Shown piece after piece: positions 9,499 through 18,486 of a stretch of DNA of 64,000 nt. This stretch comes from Candidatus Latescibacterota bacterium (GTDB lineage Bacteria; Latescibacterota; UBA2968; GCA-2709665), in assembly GCA_963662665.2 (NCBI GenBank), contig CAXXJS010000040.1, positions 160,001 to 224,000 of the forward strand, given 5' to 3'. The notes under the pieces are model-generated. The model saw only the letters and a list, made by a program, of their open reading frames with translations. It was not told the DNA's origin and ran no database searches. The number at the start of each line of letters is the position of its first letter. Positions within the stretch are counted from its first letter, which is position 1. Made by a program: the position numbers and the translations under genes.

Positions 9499-10650
9499 AT
9501 GACAATTCCACGACTATTTGACGCCCCCCGGAAGAGCTTTTTTCTCCTGGGACCTCGGGGCGCTGGAAAAAGCACCTGGCTGCGATTGACGTTTCCGGAT
9601 GCGCACGTCGTCAATCTTCTGGCCGAGGATACGTACCAGCGCCTGCTTGCGAATCCGGGTCTCCTTGCTGCGGAACTGCAGGCCGTGCCGGATGGCCGGT
9701 GGGTGGTCATGGATGAAATACAAAGATTGCCGGCGCTGCTTAACGAAGTACACCGTTTTATCGAAGAACGCAGTCTGCGCTTTGTATTGTGCGGGTCCAG
9801 TGCGAGAAAACTCAAACGGGCGGGCGTCAACCTCCTCGCCGGCCGCGCCCTGAATCGCGCGATGCATCCCTTTACTCCCGAGGAGTTGGGAGAACGGTTC
9901 GCGCTTGACGACGCCTTACAACACGGACTGCTGCCCATCGTATGGGATTCGGAAGACAGAGCAGAGACACTGGCTGCCTATACGCAGATGTATCTTAAAG
10001 AGGAGATACAAGCCGAGGCGCTTGTGCGCAATTTACCAGGATTTGCGCGCTTTCTCCCCGTTGCGGCGCTCTTTCACGGCCAAACCGTTAACGTGACCAA
10101 CATCGCAAGGGAAGCTCAGGTTGCACGTACCACGGTGACCGGATATATGCAGATCCTGGAGGAAACGCTCCTGGGCTTTCAACTTCCTGCATACGAGACG
10201 CGATTGCGGGTGCGCGAACGAAAGTTGCCCAAGTGGTATTGGTGTGACCCCGGTCTGGTACGGTCGATGAAAAGGGTGACGACGCCTCCCTCGCCGGAGG
10301 AACGAGGCGCTCTATTCGAGGGCCTGATTGCTCAGTTGATTCGGGCGTACACGGACTACCGTAATCTGTGCGATGACTGCTTCTATTGGTCGACCGCTGC
10401 GCAAACGCGAACTGAGGTCGACTTCCTGCTCAAACGGGCCGGAGAATTCGTGGCAGTCGAAGTCAAATCCGGCCGGACGTTTGCGGAATCCTGGTGCAAG
10501 GGTATGAGGGCCCTGGCCGCGCTGCCGGGGCTTTGCCGCCGGCTTGTGGTCTATCCCGAAGGACCTGAATTACGTACCACGGACGGTATCGAAATCCTTC
10601 CGTTTTCGCAATTCTCCAGCCTGTTGGCCGCCGATGCTCTTTGGCCGTGA
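9499..10650 (+). CDS. AAA_14 ATPase with C-terminal DUF4143 (PD-(D/E)xK-like) domain
   Basis: GPRGAGKST, VMDEIQR, LCGSS, LAGR, KWYWCDPGL, EVDF...AVEVKSG. Confidence 0.9.
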   Translation: MTIPRLFDAPRKSFFLLGPRGAGKSTWLRLTFPDAHVVNLLAEDTYQRLLANPGLLAAELQAVPDGRWVVMDEIQRLPALLNEVHRFIEERSLRFVLCGSSARKLKRAGVNLLAGRALNRAMHPFTPEELGERFALDDALQHGLLPIVWDSEDRAETLAAYTQMYLKEEIQAEALVRNLPGFARFLPVAALFHGQTVNVTNIAREAQVARTTVTGYMQILEETLLGFQLPAYETRLRVRERKLPKWYWCDPGLVRSMKRVTTPPSPEERGALFEGLIAQLIRAYTDYRNLCDDCFYWSTAAQTRTEVDFLLKRAGEFVAVEVKSGRTFAESWCKGMRALAALPGLCRRLVVYPEGPELRTTDGIEILPFSQFSSLLAADALWP

Positions 10651-10669
10651 GGGAATACGCTAAGGTACA

Positions 10670-10761
10670 CACGGCGCTTTGCTGACATCGGATTCGCGTG
10701 AGAATCCGCTACCATCCCCGCAATAAAAACGGCACCCGCTTTCGCGGGTGCCTTTATTTTT
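10670..10761. repeat. Direct repeat copy 2, including the bidirectional terminator downstream of tRNA-Leu
   Basis: Hairpins CGGATTC..GAATCCG and GGCACCCGC-TTTC-GCGGGTGCC flanked by A and T tracts. Confidence 0.9.
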
Positions 10762-10762
10762 C

Positions 10763-10849
<87 letters not shown>

Positions 10850-11023
10850 GCCATTGAATCCGGGATCGGAAAATATCTCAATCTGCGCTCAAGCTGTCAA
10901 GAGGAAACAGGTGTTCGACAACGTATCATTCGTCGCAGGAAGAACGGCCTCATGTGCCGCCGGTCAGGTCTCGCCAGGATCAATCTCCTGCGGCATCATT
11001 AGGATGCCGCAGGAGATCCTTCG

Positions 11024-11644
11024 TCAGCCTGGCGGCTTCCGATCCGCCACGGGCGGCCCCAGAATCTCATTGTAGATGATCGCCTTGCGGACCGTTTTCG
11101 GTTTGAAATCGAGCTTGATCCGCCGTCGACGGGTCCTGCGGTGAAGCGCCGCGGCCGGCGGTTGGACGTCCGGCGAACCATCCCGCTCGCCTTCCGCAGC
11201 GGATCCAGCCCCGTCGCCGCTTGTCATCCCGCCAGGGTGCGCTTCCTCCGGCGGGTCGAAACCGGCCGGCCGATATTCATCCCCCGTGGAGGCTTCACTC
11301 ACCGGGCGCGCGCCCCTGACTTCCCGAAATTCGACCCCACCCTCTGGCTCGTCCACGGGGCGGGCACCCCGAATCTCACGAAACTCCTTTCCCCTGTTCG
11401 CCTCACTCACCTGGCGTTTGCCTCTTACCTCCCTGAATTCCTCTCCCATGGGCGTCGGCCCGAACGGGTGCGGTTCCGGGAGGGCCTCATCTTCCCAGGC
11501 TTCGACGTCCTGCCCGCCCATCGGGGGCAGGGCAAGATCGTCTTCCTGTGGCTCCCGGCGCCGCCGTGCCTCCAGGATCTTGTTGATCACCGAAGAGATT
11601 ACACTCAGCGCGATCACCAGGATGATGGTGAGTTCGAAACTCAT
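11024..11644 (-). CDS. Membrane-anchored YqfB-like protein of the nfeD-floA operon, with three 18-aa repeats
   Basis: N-terminal TM helix, EFRE(V/I)RG.R.V.E repeats, C-terminal KAIIYNEILGPP motif; directly downstream of floA. Confidence 0.65.
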   Translation of the reverse strand: MSFELTIILVIALSVISSVINKILEARRRREPQEDDLALPPMGGQDVEAWEDEALPEPHPFGPTPMGEEFREVRGKRQVSEANRGKEFREIRGARPVDEPEGGVEFREVRGARPVSEASTGDEYRPAGFDPPEEAHPGGMTSGDGAGSAAEGERDGSPDVQPPAAALHRRTRRRRIKLDFKPKTVRKAIIYNEILGPPVADRKPPG

Positions 11645-11647
11645 GAT

Positions 11648-12646
11648 TTAGGTTTCTCCCCGATCCGTATCATTTTCCGTACTCTCAGGGGTTTCGGCGA
11701 TTCCCTCTCGCATTGAGGTATCGGCCTGGATATTCTGCATCCGGTAATAATCCATCACGCCCAGATTGCCGCTTCGGAACGCTTCGGCCATCGCGCGGGG
11801 CACCTCGGCTTCCGCCTCCACGACCCGGGCCCGCATCTCCACGACTCTCGCGCTCATCTCCTGCTCATGCGCCACGGCCATCGCACGCCGCTCTTCCGCC
11901 TTCGCCCGTGCGATCTTCAGATCGGCCTCTGCCTGGTCCGTCTGGAGTTTCGCGCCGATATTGTCTCCCACGTCGACGTCGGCGATATCAATCGAGAGGA
12001 TTTCATACGCCGTGCCCGAATCCAACCCTTTCCCCAACACGGTCTTTGAAATCAGATCCGGATTCTCCAGCACGGCCTTGTGTGTATCCGAGGAACCGAT
12101 TGTTGTCACGATCCCTTCGCCGACCCGCGCGACGATCGTCTCCTCGCCGGCGCCGCCGACCAACCGGTCGATGTTGGCGCGCACGGTGACCCTGGACGTC
12201 GCCTTTACCTGGATGCCGTCTTTGGCCACGGCCGTGACCATCGGGGTGGAAATCACTTTGGGATTGACGCTGACCTGCACGGCCTCCAGCACGTTACGGC
12301 CGGCAAGGTCGATGGCCGCGGCGCGCTCCGTGGTGAGATTGATCCCGGCTTTGTCCGCCGCAATCAGGGCAGTGATCACGTTCTCCACCTGCCCTCCCGA
12401 CAAAAAATGCGCTTCCAGGAAGGAAGTTGGGATCTTCAGCCCGGCCTTGGTTGCGCTGATCTGAGCTCCCAGGATAAGTCGCGGGGAAACGCGGCGCAGG
12501 CGCATCCCCACCAGTTCGCCGATACCGATCCGGACGCGGGCCGCAAGCGCCGAGATCCACAGCCCGAACGGAATAAAATAAAAGAATAGAAACAGTGCGA
12601 CGACTAGTGCGACAACACCAAACAACAGCGCAATTCCTTCGAACAT
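11648..12646 (-). CDS. floA: Flotillin-like protein FloA (YqfA)
   Basis: [62 protein letters not shown]. Confidence 0.95.
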   Translation of the reverse strand: MFEGIALLFGVVALVVALFLFFYFIPFGLWISALAARVRIGIGELVGMRLRRVSPRLILGAQISATKAGLKIPTSFLEAHFLSGGQVENVITALIAADKAGINLTTERAAAIDLAGRNVLEAVQVSVNPKVISTPMVTAVAKDGIQVKATSRVTVRANIDRLVGGAGEETIVARVGEGIVTTIGSSDTHKAVLENPDLISKTVLGKGLDSGTAYEILSIDIADVDVGDNIGAKLQTDQAEADLKIARAKAEERRAMAVAHEQEMSARVVEMRARVVEAEAEVPRAMAEAFRSGNLGVMDYYRMQNIQADTSMREGIAETPESTENDTDRGET

Positions 12647-12704
12647 ATCACGGCTCCTTGTTTTCTCAGACGGTTGAACCGGTCCGGCTCAAACGAGGGT
12701 CCCG

Positions 12705-13013
12705 TTAACGGGCGTCCTCGGCCTTACGTACCACAATCCGGTTGCCTTCAACCTCGACCACCCTGATCGGGCTGTCCTTTTCGATAAATTCGCCATCGGG
12801 CGCCACGTTGACCCGACGCCCGTCGATCAGGCCGGTACCCGATGGCCGCAGCGGCGTGCAGGCCACACCCTCTTTGCCGGTTAGCGCGTCATGACTTCCC
12901 GTGGCTATGTATCCTGCTTCGGTACGTTCGTCTGCGTTTAGCACCAGCCATTTCCACAACACAACGGTAATTGCGACGACAAACACGACCAATATAGCAA
13001 TTACTTCGATCAT
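12705..13013 (-). CDS. Short NfeD-like protein (TM plus OB-fold), a duplicate of the adjacent nfeD C-terminus
   Basis: TPLRPSGTGLIDGRRVNVA.DGEFIEKDSPI.VVEVEGNRIVVRK is nearly identical in DNA to 13123-13360. Confidence 0.8.
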   Translation of the reverse strand: MIEVIAILVVFVVAITVVLWKWLVLNADERTEAGYIATGSHDALTGKEGVACTPLRPSGTGLIDGRRVNVAPDGEFIEKDSPIRVVEVEGNRIVVRKAEDAR

Positions 13014-13073
13014 AAAACGGCGCCTGACCAATTTCAATCAGCTGCGATGCCCCCTGCCGAATGACACTCACCA

Positions 13074-13104
13074 AGCGGCCCGTTGAAAAAGTCCATCCGG
13101 ACTG
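13074..13104. mobile_element. MITE terminal fragment, same family as 30281-30605
   Basis: AGCGGCCCGTTGAAAAAGTCCATCCGGACTG closely matches the reverse complement of ~30577-30606. Confidence 0.65.
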
Positions 13105-14448
13105 CTAACCCGTTTCCCCGGTCTTACGTACCACAATCCGGTTGCCTTCGACCTCGACCACCGTAATCGGGCTGTCCTTTTCGATAAATTCGCCATCGGC
13201 CGCCACGTTGACCCGACGCCCGTCGATCAGGCCGGTACCCGATGGCCGCAGCGGCGTAAACGCGACGCCCTCCTTTCCCACGAGTGCGTCGTGTTGACCG
13301 GTGGCTATATAACCTGCGTCACTGCGTTCTTCTTCATGTAGCACAAGCCATTTCCACGCAGACGTGCGGGGCAGCATTTTCAACATCACGCAGGCGATCA
13401 CAACCGTGGATATAAATGCCAGAAGCAGCGGCCGGGCGCCAACGCCAACGGACTGCCACGTCCACAGTTCCGGGCGCCCCATGAGGCTCAGAAAGAGACC
13501 GGCAAACATCAGGATGACTCCCGGGATCGCCAGCACCCCGAATCCGACAACGAAAAACAGATCGGCGAGCACAAGGATCAACCCGACGAGAAAAAGCAGA
13601 ACTTCCGTCCAGTCAGCAAGGTTCACCAGAAGATGACTGCCAAAAAACAGACCCAGGCAGATCAGGCCCAACGTGCCCCCGACGCCCCAACCCGGGCTCT
13701 GGATCTCGAAGATCAGGCCCAGAAATCCGAGAGACATGAGCAGCGACGCCACGTAGGGGTGCGTCAGCCATCGCACGACCTGCTCGGACCAGTTCACCGA
13801 CAGGTGGGAGACGGGTTTCCCGTTCAAGCCATAATGTGACAGCACGGCCTGGAGTTTTTCAGCCTCGCCCGTCTCCGAAATCCGGTATTCCGCGATCTTT
13901 TTCGCAACCGCTTCGGTCGTTGTGAGCGTAAGCAGCTTACCCTTGGGCGCGAGGTCCTCGATATCCACGTCTTCGTCGACCATTGCCTCAGCAAGCTCAG
14001 GCGGGCGGCCCGTCTTCTCGGCCGTTGCCTTCATCTCGTTGCGAAAATACGAAATCACCTTTTCACTGGCCTTTTTCCCCTGCATATCGACTGCCGTCGC
14101 GGCGCCGATCGTTCCTCCGTCAACCATGACGATATGCCTTGTGGCCAGTGAAATCAACGCACCGGCCGATATTGCACGCGGGTTGATGAAGGCAATGGTT
14201 TTTACGTCGCTGTAGAGAATTGCGTCCCGGACGACCAGGGCCGCGTCGAGCGCGCCGCCGGGCGTGTCAATTTCAAAAATCACCGCAGACGCGCCTTCTG
14301 ACTCCGCGTCGTCCATCACCCGCGAGACAAACGCCGCAAGCCCTCGCTCAATGGTCCCCTTGATCGGCACGACGTAGACAGAGCCTTCCGCGCGGCACAG
14401 GGCCGGCAGGAGCAGAACGAGAGCCAGAACCGGAAGGGAAACACGCAT
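13105..14448 (-). CDS. nfeD: NfeD/YqeZ membrane-bound ClpP-class serine protease
   Basis: Signal peptide, IDTPGG, AISAGALISLA, EAMVD, KLLTLT, TM bundle, C-terminal OB-fold. Confidence 0.92.
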   Translation of the reverse strand: MRVSLPVLALVLLLPALCRAEGSVYVVPIKGTIERGLAAFVSRVMDDAESEGASAVIFEIDTPGGALDAALVVRDAILYSDVKTIAFINPRAISAGALISLATRHIVMVDGGTIGAATAVDMQGKKASEKVISYFRNEMKATAEKTGRPPELAEAMVDEDVDIEDLAPKGKLLTLTTTEAVAKKIAEYRISETGEAEKLQAVLSHYGLNGKPVSHLSVNWSEQVVRWLTHPYVASLLMSLGFLGLIFEIQSPGWGVGGTLGLICLGLFFGSHLLVNLADWTEVLLFLVGLILVLADLFFVVGFGVLAIPGVILMFAGLFLSLMGRPELWTWQSVGVGARPLLLAFISTVVIACVMLKMLPRTSAWKWLVLHEEERSDAGYIATGQHDALVGKEGVAFTPLRPSGTGLIDGRRVNVAADGEFIEKDSPITVVEVEGNRIVVRKTGETG

Positions 14449-14634
14449 GTCGAGAAACTCCCCGGGGTGTCGGGAATTATACGGCATTAACCTCATTGTC
14501 AGTGTACCGCATTCACCCCCTGTTGTCAATGGCTTTCAAACCAACTGCCAGGGTAAGCGGGGCCGCGATCAACGGCGTTTTCCGGCTTGACATCAACGCC
14601 GCATCCTTGTATTTTTGACTTGAAAAGAACAGGT

Positions 14635-14710
14635 GGCGGCGTAGCTCAGTTGGCAGAGCAGTGGAATCATAATCCATGGGTCGGGGGTTCAAGTCCCTCC
14701 GCCGCTACCA
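14635..14710 (+). tRNA. tRNA-Met (CAU), elongator type
   Basis: GGCGGCGTAGCTCAGTTGGCAGAGCAGTGGAATCATAATCCAT...GGTTCAAGTCCCTCCGCCGCTACCA; upstream TTGACA-17-TATTTT. A lysidine tRNA-Ile2 cannot be fully excluded. Confidence 0.93.
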
Positions 14711-14729
14711 ATTGAAACTCCGGCGGTAG

Positions 14730-14764
14730 AAGCGGCGTTTGCGCTTGAGGCGCGAACGCCGCTT
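14730..14764. terminator. Hairpin between convergent tRNA-Met and the C45 peptidase gene
   Basis: AAGCGGCGTTTGCGC-TTGAG-GCGCGAACGCCGCTT. Confidence 0.65.
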
Positions 14765-15826
14765 CTATGTGGCATTGACTTCATGCCGGATAAAGGGATG
14801 TGAACAGGGGTATCCCTCCGTCGCCCACATCGTCCTTTCGGCCGGGCACACGATGATCCCGCTATCCGTATGCAAACCGGCCTGCCCGTGCTGGCAGATG
14901 CCCACCGGGTCGGCGTGGGTCCGGTACATTTCGGCCAGGCCTTCGAAGCTTCGCGCCACGTCCCCTTCCATCCGCGACACCAAATCGATTCGCGCGTGGC
15001 TGTTGTCCAGATACGGCAATGCCGGATCGTCCTTCCCCACCAGTTCTTTCCCTATACAATGGTTGGTCTCCCACACCGCGCCCCCGGACACGGACGGGCG
15101 CCTGACTGTCTGTCCCGCCACGTGTTTTTCCAGAATCGCCACGTCTCCGGTCGCGTCGCCCATCAGCACGCTCATGCCGTGCATCGGGACCTCGAATCCG
15201 GCGCACAAGGCTGCGGCATCTTCGACGGTGCGACACCGTTCCGCCAGCAATGGCAAGAGAAACAGCACAGGAACGCCGCCGTGACGGCGCTCACATCCGG
15301 TCAATCCCGTCATGCCGAACCCGAACCCGGCCTCGTTGACCGCCGCCGACGTCCAGATCGTTCCTACGAAGTGCAACTGGACGGAACGCAGTTTGCCCGA
15401 AGGCGCCGTCTGATGAATCGCGTTGGCCCCCAGTTCTCTTTTTCCCAGGTCGTCGGATTTACCCAGCCACGCCCGGCCTGCCTCATCGGCAAACCCGAAT
15501 ACGCTGCACGCGGGCGTTGTGAATTCATCCAGATCGAAGACGAGATTGAGCTCTAACACGTCGTCGAACGGCAGCCCGGCGCCGGTGGCAATCCCCTCTA
15601 TCTCCCGGATCCTATCGGGAAACAGACTGCCGATCCGCCGCCTCCACATGTCGATTTTTTGCTTCCGCGCGTCCGGTCCCAACCCCGGGCGCCAACCACC
15701 CTCCCCGTCGGCAAAGTCCTCCCTGTATCGATCGATCAAACCTGCGATGCGATCCGATGCGGCGCGCCCGTGGGCAATGCCTCGGGCCCACGCGTCACCT
15801 TCGGTCCGGAAATAAAACATAAACAC
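14765..15826 (-). CDS. Peptidase C45 / acyl-CoA:6-APA acyltransferase-like Ntn hydrolase
   Basis: EIEGIATGAG, nucleophile Cys in PACSVFG, AVNEAGF, ETNH. Confidence 0.8.
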   Translation of the reverse strand: MFMFYFRTEGDAWARGIAHGRAASDRIAGLIDRYREDFADGEGGWRPGLGPDARKQKIDMWRRRIGSLFPDRIREIEGIATGAGLPFDDVLELNLVFDLDEFTTPACSVFGFADEAGRAWLGKSDDLGKRELGANAIHQTAPSGKLRSVQLHFVGTIWTSAAVNEAGFGFGMTGLTGCERRHGGVPVLFLLPLLAERCRTVEDAAALCAGFEVPMHGMSVLMGDATGDVAILEKHVAGQTVRRPSVSGGAVWETNHCIGKELVGKDDPALPYLDNSHARIDLVSRMEGDVARSFEGLAEMYRTHADPVGICQHGQAGLHTDSGIIVCPAERTMWATEGYPCSHPFIRHEVNAT

Positions 15827-15870
15827 CTCGTTGCCTGATCACAGGTTTCTGCAACCGCGCGGGTCTCGCC

Positions 15871-16743
15871 CTATTTCCCCATCGCCTGCGCCATTGCACG
15901 CACGTGTTCAGGGCCGGCGCCGCAGCAGGATCCCAGATACCGGACGTCCGCCGCTACAGCGTCCCTCGCAAACCGTTCGAATTGCGCGACCGTGGCCGCG
16001 GGCCGGTCCCACCAGGAATGCCAGGCAGATGGCTGGCAACAAACCGGCACGTTTACTGACCTGCGCATACGGATTGCGAATTCAAGCATCGCCGAGGGCG
16101 GGCAGATGCAGTTCAGACCCACCACGTCGGCGCCGGCATCCGCAAGCTGTCTGGCGCATTCTTCCGGCGAAAACCCGTCGAAAGTCTCCCCGTATCCGTT
16201 TCCCTCCATGCTCACCGTAACCACCAGCGGGAGTCGGGATCCTCTGGCCAGTTCCAGCGCCAGGAGCGCCTCGTCCAGCCAGGAGAACGTCTCCAGGATC
16301 AGAAAATCAACGCCACCGTCGCAGATCCAGGGAAGCTGCTCGTCCAGCCACGCGCGCGTTCGGTCCCGCTTCGCGGCGTCCGAGGGATCGTAATCCATAA
16401 GGCTGATGGTGGGGCTGTTCAGATTGCCGGCAACCAGCGCATCGTCGCCCGCCACCTCTTTGGCAATACGACACGCCGTGATATTGATTTCCTTCGCACA
16501 GTCCCCGAACCCTTCCGGCTTCAGCATATTGGACGTGCCGAAGAACGTGAGCGTCTGAAGGACTTCGGCCCCGGCGTCCTTGAACTCCCGCGTCAGCCTG
16601 CGCACCTCCTCGGGATGAGTCGCCACCACCTGGGGCGTCATGGCGCCCGTTCTCACGAAACCCCGGAGCCGCAGCCCCATCAGGTATCCGCCGTCGCCCA
16701 ATACGAAGCCCTTTTCCAGACGCTGTAACAGACCCTCTGGCAT
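15871..16743 (-). CDS. Homocysteine S-methyltransferase family protein (BHMT-like)
   Basis: VLGDGG, LILETF, VVGLNC, YLGSCCG Zn ligands. Confidence 0.9.
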   Translation of the reverse strand: MPEGLLQRLEKGFVLGDGGYLMGLRLRGFVRTGAMTPQVVATHPEEVRRLTREFKDAGAEVLQTLTFFGTSNMLKPEGFGDCAKEINITACRIAKEVAGDDALVAGNLNSPTISLMDYDPSDAAKRDRTRAWLDEQLPWICDGGVDFLILETFSWLDEALLALELARGSRLPLVVTVSMEGNGYGETFDGFSPEECARQLADAGADVVGLNCICPPSAMLEFAIRMRRSVNVPVCCQPSAWHSWWDRPAATVAQFERFARDAVAADVRYLGSCCGAGPEHVRAMAQAMGK

Positions 16744-16755
16744 AGATCAACTCCG

Positions 16756-18036
16756 TCAACTTGCCGAACTTCCTGTTCCGTCCCGTGCTTCCTTCAACAG
16801 CGCAATCGCTCCCTCGCGGATTTGTGCCTCGGATTCCATCTCCAGGGGCGCGAACAACACCTCGCCGTCGCCTTCCGCGCGTGCGTGCGCCGTTGGCAGA
16901 TACCCGACCTCGGGGCAAGGGTTGCACAACAGCAGAACCCGGTTGAACGCGGCGGCTTCTCGAATGGCAAACGCGGTCTCCACAAACGGCTCGCCGGGAA
17001 TATGGATCAACGCGCTGTTGCCGAATACGACAGCACAATAGTCGAACGAACAGGAGGTCTCTTCCCGGTACGTCTGCGCCAGCCAGTATTCGTAACGCGC
17101 GAGCCCCTCCGCCTCGGGGGGGTTCGCATGCCACTCCTCCCGGGCCGTATCCACTGCCGCCACGGGCTGCCTTTCGATCCGCTCGGTTCGTTTGAAAATC
17201 CCCAATTCCACGTCCGCCCGCGGCGCAAGCCCGTCATAAACGTCCATTACCGTTCTCGCGAGCGATCTGCCGATGCGACCGCAGGGATCGTCCGTTTCGC
17301 GCACAGGATGCACATTGCCCAGCGCGCCCTGGATGAAAAGACTGTCGATTCCCTTTTCGGCAAGTTCCCCGCATACCACACCGGGGTAGTCCGCCGAAAC
17401 GTTCCCGCGCAAATCCCACAAGGCGAGTGCATGACACCCGAAATTCGCCAGCACGATCGGCCGCCTGCCGTCGCGGTCGAAGCGCACGACGCCCACCTGG
17501 GGATCCACAGCGTCATAGACAAGATCGTCTGGCGGCCTTGGAAATTCGGTCAGGGAGACCATCCGCAGATTGCCGTGTTCATCGTGGGCCCTTCGGTTGT
17601 ATTGCAGCCCGTTTTCCGCCGAACCCGCGCCAACCGCCACGTGAGCCGGAGAGACATCGTGCCTGGCCATGCGTACGGCCTCTGCGGCCGCACGCGCGTA
17701 GTGCGCCTCGTTCCCGAACTCCTTTAGCGCCTCCGTGGGCTGATTCACGTAGAACTGGAACAGTGTGGGCCCCGTGCCCATATGGCTTGCGCCCGGGAGG
17801 ATCCAGGCAGGGTCCACGTCTGTCTCCGCCAGGTCCGCAGACATCTTGTCGAAACAGATATCGTCGAACAGAAACATATCCGCCGCCAGAAACGTGACCT
17901 GCCGGTCGCCCTGGCGCACGTGCAGCGCCCGAAAGAAGAGGGGATCGTAGATTTCGAATGACTCGTGCGGCGCGGGTGTTATATCCACCCGGCCGAAACC
18001 GGCCAGAATCTGCCGGCTTGCGTTCGATTCTCCCAT
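16756..18036 (-). CDS. Neutral/alkaline ceramidase-like amidohydrolase
   Basis: VDITP, ASH.GTGP, YNRR, ANFGCHA, SADYPG, QGALGNV.P, IPGEPF. Confidence 0.75.
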   Translation of the reverse strand: MGESNASRQILAGFGRVDITPAPHESFEIYDPLFFRALHVRQGDRQVTFLAADMFLFDDICFDKMSADLAETDVDPAWILPGASHMGTGPTLFQFYVNQPTEALKEFGNEAHYARAAAEAVRMARHDVSPAHVAVGAGSAENGLQYNRRAHDEHGNLRMVSLTEFPRPPDDLVYDAVDPQVGVVRFDRDGRRPIVLANFGCHALALWDLRGNVSADYPGVVCGELAEKGIDSLFIQGALGNVHPVRETDDPCGRIGRSLARTVMDVYDGLAPRADVELGIFKRTERIERQPVAAVDTAREEWHANPPEAEGLARYEYWLAQTYREETSCSFDYCAVVFGNSALIHIPGEPFVETAFAIREAAAFNRVLLLCNPCPEVGYLPTAHARAEGDGEVLFAPLEMESEAQIREGAIALLKEARDGTGSSAS

Positions 18037-18278
18037 GAAAGGCGTCCCTGGGGTTAATACGGCGCGCTTCGTGTCGCCCTGTCCGGAGCCGGGACTCCAT
18101 ATTCCAAATCTGCGGCGGGCCCACTGTAGACGCCCCATCATAATACTGCCATCCGTGACTGTCAAGTCGTGATCGGCAGGGTTGAGCGGCCGGGCCTGCT
18201 GCCTGGTATTAAGTGCTTGACATATGCGCCTGGCGGCGGCTATTTATCTGAAAAACACAAGCGAGGAACGGCGGGATC

Positions 18279-18426
18279 CAGTGTTCTGTCCCGGAAACAA
18301 GTTGCCTGAATTCAACCGCCGAGTCGCCCGGCTCGCAAGGCGCCACCGACCTGCGTAAGGTCGGCGAGCGAGGGGAACGCAGCGAGACGGGATGAAACGG
18401 CGGTTGAATGGTGAGGAATTCTTGAC
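18279..18426. mobile_element. MITE-like palindromic element, homologous (inverted) to 30318-30482
   Basis: CAGTGTTCTGTCcCGGAAAcAagTTGCC...CCGCCGAGTCG...AGACGGGATGAAaCGGCGGtTGAATGGTGA aligns to the reverse complement of 30318-30482. Confidence 0.8.
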
Positions 18427-18483
18427 GACCGTTACGCCCCGTTTCAGGGGGTTTGGTCTCGTTGCCGTGTTGCTGTTTTTTTT
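18425..18483. repeat. ~60-bp dispersed repeat (second copy at 39831-39888)
   Basis: ACGAcCGTTACGCCCCGTTTCAGgGGTTTgGTCtCGTTGCCGtGTTGCTGTTTTTTT. Confidence 0.8.
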
Positions 18484-18486
18484 GGA

